DNA of 64,000 bases. It comes from Eledone cirrhosa. Its lineage: Eukaryota. This document shows, piece after piece, positions 25,264-39,106 of the stretch. Within the stretch, counting starts at the first letter, position 1, and every line of letters starts with the position of its first letter. Made by a program: the position numbers and the translations under genes. The notes below the pieces were generated by a model. It searched no databases. It saw nothing but the letters and a program-made list of their open reading frames with translations, and was not told the origin of the DNA. The stretch is taken from positions 79,298,001 to 79,362,000 of the forward strand of contig OZ024743.1 of the NCBI GenBank assembly GCA_964016885.1. Direction: 5' to 3'.

Positions 25264-28200
25264 TTGGACCAATACTGTCTCACCTCTGTTTGGACCAGCA
25301 TTGTCTCACCTCTGTTTGGACCACCACTGTCTCACCTCTGTTTGGACCAACACTGTCTCACCTCTGTTTGGACCAACACTGTCTCACCTCTGTTTGGACC
25401 AGCACTGTCTCGCCTCTGTTTGGACCAATACTGTCTCACCTCTGTTTGGACCAACACTGTCTCACCTCTGTTTGGACCAGCACTGTCTCATCTCTGTTTG
25501 GACCAATACTGTCTCACCTCTGTTTGGACCAACACTGTCTCACCTCTGTTTGGACCAACACTGTCTCACCTCTGTTTGGACCAGCACTGTCTCACCTCTG
25601 TTTGGACCAATACTGTCTCACCTCTGTTTGGACCAACACTGTCTCACCTCTGTTTGGACCAGCACTGTCTCGCCTCTGTTTGGACCAATACTGTCTCACC
25701 TCTGTTTGGACCAACACTGTCTCACCTCTGTTTGGACCAGCACTGTCTCACCTCTGTTTGGACCAATACTGTCTCACCTCTGTTTGGACCAACACTGTCT
25801 CACCTCTGTTTGGACCAACACTGTCTCACCTCTGTTTGGACCAACACTGTCTCTCGTCTGTTTGGACCAACACTGTCTCAGGTCTGTTTGGACCAGCACT
25901 GTCTCACCTCTGTTTGGACCAACACTGTCTCTCGTCTGTTTGGACCAACACTGTCTCTCCTCTGTTTGGACCAATACTGTCTCACCTCTGTTTGGACCAA
26001 CACTGTCTCACCTCTGTTTGGACCAACACTGTCTCACCTCTGTTTGGACCACCACTGTCTCACCTCTGTTTGGACCAATACTGTCTCACCTCTGTTTGGA
26101 CCAACACTGTCTCACCTCTGTTTGGACCAGCACTGTCTCGCCTCTGTTTGGACCAATACTGTCTCACCTCTGTTTGGACCAACACTGTCTCACCTCTGTT
26201 TGGACCAACACTGTCTAACCTCTGTTTGGACCAACACTGTCTCTCGTCTGTTTGGACAAACACTGTCTCAGGTCTGTTTGGACCAGCACTGTCTCACCTC
26301 TGTTTGGACCAATACTGTCTCTCGTCTGTTTGGACCAACACTGTCTCACCTCTGTTTGGACCAACACTGTCTAACCTCTGTTTGGACCAACACTGTCTCT
26401 CGTCTGTTTGGACCAACACTGTCTCACGTCTGTTTGGACCAGCACTGTCTCACCTCTGTTTGGACCAACACTGTCTCACATCTGTTTGGACCAACACTGT
26501 CTCACCTCTGTTTGGACCAACACTGTCTCTCGTCTGTTTGGACCAACACTGTCTCAGGTCTGTTTGGACCAGCACTGTCTCACCTCTGTTTGGACCAACA
26601 CTGTCTCTCGTCTGTTTGGACCAACACTGTCTCTCCTCTGTTTGGACCAATACTGTCTCACCTCTGTTTGGACCAACACTGTCTCTCGTCTGTTTGGACC
26701 ACCACTGTCTCACCTCTGTTTGGACCAACACTGTCTCACCTCTGTTTGGACCAACACTGTCTCACCTCTGTTTGGACCAACACTGTCTCTCGTCTGTTTG
26801 GACCAACACTGTTTCACGTCTGTTTGGACCAGCACTGTCTCACCTCTGTTTGGACCCACACTGTCTCACGTCTGTTTGGACCAACAATGTCTCACGTCTG
26901 TTTGGACCAACACTGTCTCTCGTCTGTTTGGACCAACACTGTCTCACGTCTGTTTGGACCAGCACTGTCTCACCTCTGTTTGGACCAACACTGTCTCTCG
27001 TCTGTTTGGACCAACACTGTCTCTCGTCTGTTTGGACCAGCACTGTCTCACCTCTGTTTGGACCAATACTGTCTCACCTCTGTTTGGACCAGCACTTTCT
27101 CACCTCTGTTTGGACCAGCACTGTCTCACCTCTGTTTGGACCAGCACTGTCTCACCCCTGTTTGGACCAACACTGTCTCACCTCTGTTTGGACCAGCACT
27201 GTCTCGCCTCTGTTTGGACCAGCACTGTCTCGCCTCTGTTTGGACCAGCACTGTCTCACCTCTGTTTGGACCAGCACTGTCTCACCTCTGTTTGGACCAG
27301 CACTGTCTCACCTCTGTTTGGACCAGCACTGTCTCACTTCGGTTTGGACCAACACTGTCTCACCTCTGTTTGGACCAGCACTGTCTCACCTCTGTTTGGA
27401 CCAGCACTGTCTCACCTCTGTTTGGACCAGCACTGTCTCACTTCGGTTTGGACCAACACTGTCTCACCTCTATTTGGACCAGCACTGTCTCACCTCTGTT
27501 TGTACCAGCACTGTCTCTCGTCTGTTTGGACCAACACTGTCTCACCTCTGTTTGCACCAGCACTGTCTCACCTCTGTTTGGACCAGCACTGTCTCACCTC
27601 TGTTTGGACCAGCACTGTCTCACTTCGGTTTGGACCAACACTGTCTCACCTCTGTTTGGACCAGCACTGTCTCACCTCTGTTTGGACCAGCACTGTCTCG
27701 CCTCTGTTTGGACCAGCACTGTCTCACCTCTGTTTGGACCAGCACTGTCTCGCCTCTGTTTGAACCAGCACTTTCTCACCTCTGTTTGGACCAACACTGT
27801 CTCACTTCGGTTTGGACCAACACTGTCTCACCTCTGTTTGGACCAGCACTGTCTCACCTCTGTTTGGACCAGCACTTTCTCACCTCTGTTTGGACCAGCA
27901 CTGTCTCACGTCTGTTTGGACCAACACTGTCTCACCTCTGTTTGGACCAGCACTGTCTCACTTCGGTTTGGACCAACACTGTCTCACCTCTGTTTGGACC
28001 AGCACTGTCTCACCTCTGTTTGCACCAGCACTGTCTCACCTCTGTTTGGACCAACACTGTCTCTCGTCTGTTTGGACCAATACTGTCTCACCTCTGTTTG
28101 GACCAACACTGTCTCTCGTCTGTTTGGACCACCACTGTCTCACCTCTGTTTGGACCAACACTGTCTCACCTCTGTTTGGACCAACACTGTCTCACCTCTG

Positions 28201-31200
28201 TTTGGACCAACACTGTCTCTCGTCTGTTTGGACCAACACTGTTTCACGTCTGTTTGGACCAGCACTGTCTCACCTCTGTTTGGACCCACACTGTCTCACG
28301 TCTGTTTGGACCAACAATGTCTCACGTCTGTTTGGACCAACACTGTCTCTCGTCTGTTTGGACCAACACTGTCTCACGTCTGTTTGGACCAGCACTGTCT
28401 CACCTCTGTTTGGACCAACACTGTCTCTCGTCTGTTTGGACCAACACTGTCTCTCGTCTGTTTGGACCAGCACTGTCTCACCTCTGTGTGGACCAGCACT
28501 GTCTCACCTCTGTTTGGACCAATACTGTCTCACCTCTGTTTGGACCAGCACTTTCTCACCTCTGTTTGGACCAGCACTGTCTCACCTCTGTTTGGACCAG
28601 CACTGTCTCACCCCTGTTTGGACCAACACTGTCTCACCTCTGTTTGGACCAGCACTGTCTCGCCTCTGTTTGGACCAGCACTGTCTCGCCTCTGTTTGGA
28701 CCAGCACTGTCTCACCTCTGTTTGGACCAGCACTGTCTCACCTCTGTTTGGACCAGCACTGTCTCACCTCTGTTTGGACCAGCACTGTCTCACTTCGGTT
28801 TGGACCAACACTGTCTCACCTCTGTTTGGACCAGCACTGTCTCACCTCTGTTTGGACCAGCACTGTCTCACCTCTGTTTGGACCAGCACTGTCTCACTTC
28901 GGTTTGGACCAACACTGTCTCACCTCTATTTGGACCAGCACTGTCTCACCTCTGTTTGTACCAGCACTGTCTCTCGTCTGTTTGGACCAGCACTGTCTCA
29001 CCTCTGTTTGCACCAGCACTGTCTCACCTCTGTTTGGACCAGCACTGTCTCACCTCTGTCTGGACCAGCACTGTCTCACTTCGGTTTGGACCAACACTGT
29101 CTCACCTCTGTTTGGACCAGCACTGTCTCACCTCTGTTTGGACCAGCACTGTCTCGCCTCTGTTTGGACCAGCACTGTCTCACCTCTGTTTGGACCAGCA
29201 CTGTCTCGCCTCTGTTTGAACCAGCACTTTCTCACCTCTGTTTGGACCAACACTGTCTCACTTCGGTTTGGACCAACACTGTCTCACCTCTGTTTGGACC
29301 AGCACTGTCTCACCTCTGTTTGGACCAGCACTTTCTCACCTCTGTTTGGACCAGCACTGTCTCACGTCTGTTTGGACCAACACTGTCTCACCTCTGTTTG
29401 GACCAGCACTGTCTCACTTCGGTTTGGACCAACACTGTCTCACCTCTGTTTGGACCAGCACTGTCTCACCTCTGTTTGCACCAGCACTGTCTCACCTCTG
29501 TTTGGACCAACACTGTCTCTCGTCTGTTTGGACCAACACTGTCTCTCCTCTGTTTGGACCAACACTGTCTCTCCTCTGTTTGGACCAACACTGTCTCTCG
29601 TCTGTTTGGACCAGCACTGTCTCACCTCTGTTTGCACCAGCACTGTCTCTCGTCTGTTTGGACCAACACTGTTTCACGTCTGTTTGGACCAGCACTGTCT
29701 CACCTCTGTTTGGACCCACACTGTCTCACGTCTGTATGGACCAACAATGTCTCACGTCTGTTTGGACCAACACTGTCTCTCGTCTGTTTGGACCAACACT
29801 GTCTCACGTCTGTTTGGACCAGCACTGTCTCACCTCTGTTTGGACCAACACTGTCTCTCGTCTGTTTGGACCAACACTGTCTCTCGTCTGTTTGGACCAG
29901 CACTGTCTCACCTCTGTGTGGACCAGCACTGTCTCACCTCTGTTTGGACCAATACTGTCTCACCTCTGTTTGGACCAGCACTTTCTCACCTCTGTTTGGA
30001 CCAGCACTGTCTCACCTCTGTTTGGACCAGCACTGTCTCACCCCTGTTTGGACCAACACTGTCTCACCTCTGTTTGGACCAATACTGTCTCACCTCTGTT
30101 TGGACCAGCACTTTCTCACCTCTGTTTAGACCAGCACTGTCTCACCTCTGTTTGGACCAGCACTGTCTCACCTCTGTTTGGACCAGCACTGTCTCACCTC
30201 TGTTTGTACCAGCACTGTCTCACCTCTGTTTGGACCAGCACTGTCTCACCTCTGTTTGGACCAGCACTGTCTCACCTCTGTTTGGACCAGCACTGTCTCA
30301 CTTCGGTTTGGACCAACACTGTCTCACCTCTGTTTGGACCAGCACTGTCTCACCTCTGTTTGGACCAGCACTGTCTCACCTCTGTTTGGACCAGCACTGT
30401 CTCACTTCGGTTTGGACCAACACTGTCTCACCTCTATTTGGACCAGCACTGTCTCACCTCTGTTTGTACCAGCACTGTCTCTCGTCTGTTTGGACCAGCA
30501 CTGTCTCACCTCTGTTTGCACCAGCACTGTCTCACCTCTGTTTGGACCAGCACTGTCTCACCTCTGTTTGGACCAGCACTGTCTCACTTCGGTTTGGACC
30601 AACACTGTCTCACCTCTGTTTGGACCAGCACTGTCTCACCTCTGTTTGGACCAGCACTGTCTCGCCTCTGTTTGGACCAGCACTGTCTCACCTCTGTTTG
30701 GACCAGCACTGTCTCGCCTCTGTTTGAACCAGCACTTTCTCACCTCTGTTTGGACCAACACTGTCTCACTTCGGTTTGGACCAACACTGTCTCACCTCTG
30801 TTTGGACCAGCACTGTCTCACCTCTGTTTGGACCAGCACTTTCTCACCTCTGTTTGGACCAGCACTGTCTCACGTCTGTTTGGACCAACACTGTCTCACC
30901 TCTGTTTGGACCAGCACTGTCTCACTTCGGTTTGGACCAACACTGTCTCACCTCTGTTTGGACCAGCACTGTCTCACCTCTGTTTGCACCAGCACTGTCT
31001 CACCTCTGTTTGGACCAACACTGTCTCTCGTCTGTTTGGACCAACACTGTCTCTCCTCTGTTTGGACCAACACTGTCTCTCCTCTGTTTGGACCAACACT
31101 GTCTCTCGTCTGTTTGGACCAGCACTGTCTCACCTCTGTTTGCACCAGCACTGTCTCACCTCTGTTTGGACCAACACTGTCTCTCGTCTGTTTGGACCAA

Positions 31201-34200
31201 CACTGTCTCACCTCTGTTTGGACCAACACTGTCTCTCGTCTGTTTGGACCACCACTGTCTCACCTCTGTTTGGACCAACACTGTCTCACCTCTGTTTGGA
31301 CCAACACTGTCTCACCTCTGTTTGGACCAACACTGTCTCTCGTCTGTTTGGACCAACACTGTTTCACGTCTGTTTGGACCAGCACTGTCTCACCTCTGTT
31401 TGGACCCACACTGTCTCACGTCTGTTTGGACCAACAATGTCTCACGTCTGTTTGGACCAGCACTGTCTCACCTCTGTTTGGACCCACACTGTCTCTCGTC
31501 TGTTTGGACCAGCACTGTCTCACCTCTGTTTGGACCAACACTGTCTCTCGTCTGTTTGGACCAACACTGTCTCTCGTCTGTTTGGACCAGCACTGTCTCA
31601 CCTCTGTGTGGACCAGCACTGTCTCACCTCTGTTTGGACCAATACTGTCTCACCTCTGTTTGGACCAGCACTTTCTCACCTCTGTTTAGACCAGCACTGT
31701 CTCACCTCTGTTTGGACCAGCACTGTCTCACCTCTGTTTGGACCAGCACTGTCTCACCTCTGTTTGTACCAGCACTGTCTCACCTCTGTTTGGACCAGCA
31801 CTGTCTCACTTCGGTTTGGACCAACACTGTCTCACCTCTGTTTGGACCAGCACTGTCTCACTTCGGTTTGGACCAACACTGTTTCACCTCTGTTTGGACC
31901 AGCACTGTCTCACCTCTGTTTGTACCAGCACTGTCTCTCGTCTGTTTGGACCAGCACTGTCTCACCTCTGTTTGCACCAGCACTGTCTCACCTCTGTTTG
32001 GACCAGCACTGTCTCACCTCTGTTTGGACCAGCACTGTCTCACTTCGGTTTGGACCAACACTGTCTCACCTCTGTTTGGACCAGCGCTGTCTCACCTCTG
32101 TTTGGACCAGCACTGTCTCGCCTCTGTTTGGACCAGCACTGTCTCACCTCTGTTTGGACCAGCACTGTCTCGCCTCTGTTTGAACCAGCACTTTCTCACC
32201 TCTGTTTGGACCAGCACTGTCTCACGTCTGTTTGGACCAGCACTGTCTCACGTCTGTTTGGACCAACACTGTCTCACCTCTGTTTGGACCAGCACTGTCT
32301 CACGTCTGTTTGGACCAACACTCTCTCACCTCTGTTTGGACCATCACTTTCTAACCTCTGTTTGGACCAACACTGTCTCACGTCTGTTTGGACCAGCATT
32401 GTCTCACGTCTGTTTGGACCAACACTGTCTCACTTCGATTTGGACCAACACTGTCTCACCTCTGTTTGCACCAGCACTGTCTCACCTCTGTTTGCACCCA
32501 CACTGTCTCACCTCTGTTTGGACCAACACTGTCTCGCCTCTGTTTGGACCAGCACTGTCTCACCTCTGTTTGGACCAGCACTTTCTCACCTCTGTTTGGA
32601 CCAGCACTGTCTCACGTCTGTTTGGACCAACACTGTCTCACCTCTGTTTGGACCAGCACTGTCTCACTTCGGTTTGGACCAACACTGTCTCACCTCTGTT
32701 TGGACCAGCACTGTCTCACCTCTGTTTGGACCAGCGCTGTCTCACTTCGGTTTGGACCAACACTGTCTCACCTCTGTTTGGACCAGCACTGTCTCACGTC
32801 TGTTTGGACCAACACTGTCTCACCTCTGTTTGGACCAGCACTTTCTCACCTCTGTTTGGACCAGCACTGTCTCACGTCTGTTTGGACCAACACTGTCTCA
32901 CCTCTGTTTGGACCAGCACTGTCTCACCTCTGTTTGGACCAGCACTGTCTCACCTCTTTTTGGAGCAGCACTTTCTCACCTCAGTTTGGACCAACACTGT
33001 CTCACCTCTGTTTGGACCAGCACTGTCTCACTTCGGTTTGGACCAACACTGTCTCACCTCTGTTTGGACCAGCACTGTCTCACCTCTGTTTGCACCAGCA
33101 CTGTCTCACCTCTGTTTGGACCAGCACTGTCTCACCTCTGTTTGGACCAGCGCTGTCTCACTTCGGTTTGGACCAACACTGTCTCACCTCTGTTTGGACC
33201 ACCACTGTCTCACCTCTGTTTGCACCAGCACTGTCTCACCTCTGTTTGGACCAGCACTGTCTTACGTCTGTTTGGACCAACACTGTCTCACCTCTGTTTG
33301 GACCAGCACTGTCTCACTTCGGTTTGGACCAACACTGTCTCACCTCTGTTTGCACCAGCACTGTCTCACCTCTGTTTGGACCAGCACTGTCTCACCTCTG
33401 TTTGGACCAGCACTGTCTCGCCTCTGTTTGGACCAGCACTGTCTCACCTCTGTTTGGACCGGCACTGTCTCACCTCTGTTTGGACCAACACTGTCTCACC
33501 TCTGTTTGGACCAGCACTGTCTCACCTCTGTTTGGACCGGCACTGTCTCACCTCTGTTTGGACCAACACTGTCTCACCTCTGTTTGGACCAGCACTGTCT
33601 CACCTCTGTTTGGACCAGCACTGTCTCACCTCTGTTTGGACCAACACTGTCTCACCTCTGTTTGGACCAGCACTGTCTCACCTCTGTTTGGACCAGCACT
33701 GTCTCACGTCTGTTTGGACCAACACTGTCTCACCTCTGTTTGGACCAGCACTGTCTCACCTCTGTTTGGACCAGCACTGTCTCACCTCTGTTTGGACCAG
33801 CACTGTCTCACCTCTGTTTGGACCAGCACTGTCTCACCTCTGTTTGGACCAACACTGTCTCATGTCTGTTTGGACCAGCACCGTCTCACCTCTGTTTGGA
33901 CCAACACTGTCTCACGTCTGTTTGGACCAACACTGTTTCACCTCTGTTTGGACCAGCACTGTCTCACCTGAGTTTGGACCAACACTGTCTCACCTCTGTT
34001 TGGACCAACACTGTCTCACCTCTGTTTGGACCAGCACTTTCTCACCTCTGTTTGGACCAGCACTGTCTCACGTCTGTTTGGACCAACACTGTCTCATGTC
34101 TGTTTGGACCAGCACTGTCTCACGTCTGTTTGGACCAACACTGTCTCACCTCTGTTTGGACCAGCACTGTCTCACCTCTCTTTGGACCAACACTGTCTCA

Positions 34201-36678
34201 CCTCTGTTTGGATCAACACTGTCTCACCTCTGTTTGGACCGGCACTGTCTCACCTCTGTTTGGACCAACACTGTCTCACCTCTGTTTGGACCAACACTGT
34301 CTCACCTCTGTTTGGACCAGCACTGTCTCACCTCTGTTTGGACCAACACTGTCTCACCTCTGTTTGGACCAGCATTGTCTCACCTCTGTTTGGATCAACA
34401 CTGTCTCACCTCTGTTTGGACCGGCACTGTCTCACCTCTGTTTGGACCAACACTGTCTCACCTCTGTTTGGACCAACACTGTCTCATGTCTGTTTGGACC
34501 AACACTGTCTCACGTCTGTTTGGACCAACACTGTCTCATGTCTGTTTGGACCAACACTGTCTCACGTCTGTTTGGACCAACACTGTCTCACCTCTGTTTG
34601 GACCGGCACTGTCTCACCTCTGTTTGGACCAGCACTGTCTCACCTCTGTTTGGACCAGCACTGTCTCACCTGTGTTTGGACCAGCACTGTCTCACCTCTG
34701 TTTCGACCGGCACTGTCTCACCTCTGTTTGGACCAACACTGTCTCGCCTCTGTTTGGACCAACACTGTCTCACCTCTGTTTGGACCAGCACTGTCTCACC
34801 TCTGTTTGGACCGGCACTTTCTCACCTCTGTTTGGACCAACACTGTCTCGCCTCTGTTTGGACCAGCACTGTCTCACCTCTGTTTGGACCAGCACTGTCT
34901 CACCTCTGTTTGGACCAGCACTGTCTAACCTCTATTTGGATCAACACTGTCTCACCTCTGTTTGGACCAGCATTGTCTCACCTCTGTTTGGACCAGCACT
35001 CTCTCACCTCTGTTTGGACCAGCACTGTCTCACCTCTGTTTGGATCAACACTGTCTCACCTCTGTTTGGACCAGCATTGTCTCACCTCTGTTTGGACCAG
35101 CACTGTCTCACCTCTGTTTGGACCAACACTGTCTCTCGTCTGTTTGGACCAAGACTGTCTCACCTCCGTTTGGACCAACACTGTCTCACCTCTGTTTGGA
35201 CCAGCACTGTCTCACCTCTGTTTGGACCAACACTGTCTCACCTCTGTTTGGACCAACACTGTCTCACCTCCGTTTGGACCAAGACTGTCTCACCTCTGTT
35301 TGGACCAGCACTGTCTCACCTCTGTTTGGACCAACACTGTCTCACCCCTGTTTGGACCAGCACTGTCTCACCTCTGTTTGGACCAACACTGTCTCACCTC
35401 TGTTTGGACCAGCACTGTCTCACCTCTGTTTGGATCAACACTGTCTCACCTCTGTTTGGACCAGCATTGTCTCACCTCTGTTTGGACCAGCACTGTCTCA
35501 CCTCTGTTTGGACCAACACTGTCTCTCGTCTGTTTGGACCAACACTGTCTCACCTCTGTTTGGACCAACACTGTCTAACCTCTGTTTGGACCAACACTGT
35601 CTCGCCTCTGTTTGGACCAGCACTGTCTCTCGTCTGTTTGGACCACCACTGTCTCACCTCTGTTTGGACCACCACTGTCTCAACTCTGTTTGGACCAACA
35701 CTGTCTCACGTCTGTTTGGACCACCACTGTCTCACCTCTGTTTGGACCAGCACTGTCTCACCTCTGTTTGGACCAACACTGTCTCACCTCTGTTTGGACC
35801 AGCACTGTCTCACCTCTGTTTGGACCAACACTGTCTCACCTCTTTTTGGACCAGCACTGTCTCTCGTCTGTTTGGACCAACACTGTCTCACCTCTTTTTG
35901 GACCAACACTGTCTCTCGTCTGTTTGGACCACCACTGTCTCACCTCTGTTTGGACCAACACTGTCTCACCTCTGTTTGGACCAACACTGTCTCTCGTCTG
36001 TTTGGACCACCACTGTCTCACCTCTGTTTGGACCAACACTGTCTCACCTCTGTTTGGACCAACACTGTCTCACCTCTTTTTGGACCACCACTGTCTCACG
36101 TCTGTTTGGACCAACACTGTCTCACCTCTGTTTGGACCAGCACTGTCTCACTTCGGTTTGGACCAGCACTGTCTCACCTCTGTTTGGACCAACACTGTCT
36201 CACCTCTGTTTGGACCAGCACTGTCTCACCTCTGTTTGGACCAACACTGTCTCACCTCTGTTTGGACCAGCACTGTCTCACCTCTGTTTGGACCAACACT
36301 GTCTCACCTCTGTTTGGACCAGCACTGTCTCACCTCTGTTTGGACCAACACTGTCTCACCTCTGTTTGGACCAGCACTGTCTCACCTCTGTTTGGACCAG
36401 CACTTTCTCACCTCTGTTTGGACCAGCACTGTCTCACCTCTGTTTGGACCAACACTGTCTCACCTCTGTTTGGACCAGCACTGTCTCACCTCTGTTTGGA
36501 CCAACACTGTCTCACCTCTGTTTGGACCAGCACTGTCTCACCTCTGTTTGGACCAACACTGTCTCTCCTCTGTTTGGACCACCACTGTCTCACCTCTGTT
36601 TGGACCAACACTGTCTCACCTCTGTTTGGACCAGCACTGTCTCACCTCTGTTTGGACCAGCACTGTCTCACCTCTGTT
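25264..36678. repeat. 26-bp satellite, 439 units (TTGGACCARCACTGTCTCACCTCTGT)
   Basis: First TTGGACC at 25264 and last at 36652; the difference is 11388 = 438 x 26. Confidence 0.98.
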
Positions 36679-36725
36679 CTACCTCACCACTAAATAGTGA
36701 CACGTTACTCAATTAAGTGCCCTCC

Positions 36726-37121
36726 TCACGTGTGACCTAGTGGTAAGGGTGTTGGACTTACGTTGATAATATCGTGGGTTTGATTCCTGGACTGTGTTGT
36801 GTGTCGTGTTCTTGAGCAAAACACTTTATTTCACATCACATTGCTCTAGTATATTCAGCTGAAAATGTGTACCTGCAACAACTGGTGGGGAGGGAGCTGA
36901 GTTAACTCTGCGATGGACTGCCATCCTATCCAGGGGGAGCCTTGTACTCTTACAGGTCTCACTCCACGAAATCAGGATTAGAACCAGCAATAGCCGAGGG
37001 AGGGGTTTTAAACCTGCAATGGACTGCCGTCCAGGAGGAAGTCTTGTACTTCCCCATGGAAACCAGGATATAAACCGACCTGGTGAGCCTTCGGGCTCGA
37101 GAGAGACTTTAATTTTAACTT
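36726..37121 (+). mobile_element. tRNA SINE with CORE-like centre and duplicated GATGGACTG..TCCAGG tail
   Basis: A box TGACCTAGTGG, B box GTTTGATTCC, GTGTTCTTGAGCAAAACACTTTATTTCAC centre. Confidence 0.7.
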
Positions 37122-37129
37122 AACATCAA

Positions 37130-37865
37130 CCGGTACCCTCCTTGATGTTGAGTACACACGCATCGGCCTGACCCAGGGCTGCAGCCGCCACGTGTGTGAG
37201 CCACTGAAATGCCGTTGGGGAGCTATTTTTGACGAGTTTAGTTACACCAGAAATCATACTGTCACAGGGTCTTCTGTCACGCCGCTCTGAACGACATCAT
37301 CAGAAAGATCCTCGATACGGTTTCCCGTCACAACTTTAACCAGCTAGTCTGACTGTGGTGATGGAAAGCGCGCCGAAGTAATAACATTTTTCTTATTCGA
37401 GGGAGATAAATTCCTAATCTGGGACGCGACGTGTTGCGACTCGTTCGCTGCTTTCAACCTTGTCGCTTCGGCCACAATCCCTGGCACCGCTGCCCGCAAT
37501 GCTGAGGGGAGGTGTCCTCAGGCCCAGCAATACTAATTTCTTTTATAAAATCGAAAATACAGCAGTCCACCCGAACAAGAAGCCCCGTGAGGTGGGGTGG
37601 CTGTTGCAGCGGCTGAGACTGGCTATTCTCCGTGGAAATAAGAAGCCCCGTGGGGTGGGGTGGCTGTTGCAGCGGCTGAGACTGGTTATTCTCCGTGGAA
37701 ATACCTTGGCTCAGGCGGGTATAGTCAGTCGCCCTCCCCCCCCCTTTTCTTTCGTTGCTTAATTCTCTTTTTTTTTCTTCTTTGTTCCCTTATTACTATG
37801 TATATTGTACAGTTTTTATCACATTTTCTATTTAGTTTAATTGAAATGTATTTTAATAAACATAG
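37130..37865 (+). mobile_element. degenerate CRE-clade non-LTR retrotransposon 3' part (restriction-like endonuclease)
   Basis: GDGKRAEVITFF...LIWDATCCDSFA and WLLQRLRLAILRGN (the latter duplicated). Confidence 0.75.
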
Positions 37866-38197
37866 ACGCAACCTTTAATAGGTTGAGTTAGGCAAAATAA
37901 GTGGGATGTTATGTGTAGACATAAAGGACGTGGTAGTATAGAATAACAAGTTTTATTTTAGGACAAGGCGAGTGAAAAACAAACAAAACAAGTAAAAATA
38001 AACATCAACTCATCACTAAGTGCGACTATCAGCTGCACACTACACCACACCACGAAGGTCATCGGAACATTTTGAGGCAAGCCAACACATACTCTCTTGT
38101 CCTAAATAATAGGGCTATGTGAAGTGGGGTGGAAATCGATAATTTTTCTAGGTTGTCTACATTAATTAAAGAAAACAAAAAACAACAGAATTTGTCT

Positions 38198-38500
38198 GAG
38201 AGGTTCCTCTCTGCACTGGCGGCTCGCCTAATAGAGGTAACTGGCGAATCTCACGAGGGCGCTTGGTTGTTCCAGCGCATTAGTCTCGCCATCACCCGAG
38301 GCAACACTGCGAGTGTGCTGGCTTGCCTCAAAAATCATTAGAGAGGTTGCCCAGTACCCCTCGCGACGTTGCTGTCTTTTGCTCTGGTGTTGGCTCAGTT
38401 GTTCACCCCTTCCTTTACATGTTCTTTACATTAAAGGAATATATCTTTCTGAAAGAATCGCGAGCAATTTATAATGTTATTTAAGCATTAGTAATGTTAT
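38198..38500 (+). mobile_element. CRE-clade 3' fragment
   Basis: RFLSALAARLIEVTGESHEGAWLFQRISLAITRGNTASVL followed by 3' UTR. Confidence 0.8.
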
Positions 38501-38510
38501 TTTTTTTTTC

Positions 38511-38915
38511 ATTCAGAAAGATATATTCTTTTAATGTTGCAATATTAAAGAAAATATAAAGGAAGGGGTGAACAACTGAGCAAACACCAGAGCAAAAGAC
38601 AGAAACGTCGCGAGGAGTACTGGGCAACCTCTCTAATGATTTTTTTAGGTAAGCCAGCACACTCGCAGCCTTGCCTCGGGTGATGGCAAAACTAATGCGC
38701 TGGAACAGCCAAGCGCCCTCGCGAGATTCGCCAGTTACCTCTATTAGGCGACCCGCCAGTGAAGAGAGGAACCTCGCGGTCATCGGCCAGACTCCCCCAA
38801 ACGTCTCGAAAGCCACAGGCTGAAAAATGTAGCTGGCCGACAGATCACAGTATTTGAGGGTCTTACTCCGCTCGGCTGCGGAAGCTGTGGCTCTCGACCT
38901 AACCGCAGCATCCAA
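38511..38915 (-). mobile_element. CRE-clade 3' fragment, inverted relative to its neighbour
   Basis: AERSKTLKY..IFQPVAFETFGGVWP..WLFQRISFAITRG. Confidence 0.82.
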
Positions 38916-39106
38916 GAGCCACCAGTGAAGAGGGTTCTATGTTTGAAAAAGTTTGGGCAACTCTGGTTTAAAAAAAATTAATTGTCGCACGAATGCTACC
39001 ACTTCAAATAAAATTTCAACGGAGATTGATTAGGAAAATTCAACTAGCAAGTGGTTGGAAAAATTAATATTTTCTATTTACTTTAATTGAAGAAAAAAAT
39101 GCTTCA

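Noticed and set aside
25264-36678. CRISPR-like array
   Set aside because: Head-to-tail repeats with no unique spacers, eukaryotic context, no cas genes.
25264-36678. AG|GTGAGA splice-donor-like motif in most units on the minus strand
   Set aside because: No supported minus-strand transcript crosses the array, and a short motif match is expected by chance.
25182-36716. Giant ORFs (up to 1651 aa) of CLDQHCLTSVWT repeats
   Set aside because: The 26-bp unit lacks plus-strand stops, so all three frames are open and give the same peptide. Sporadic stops hit every frame and the starts are non-ATG. No evidence of coding.
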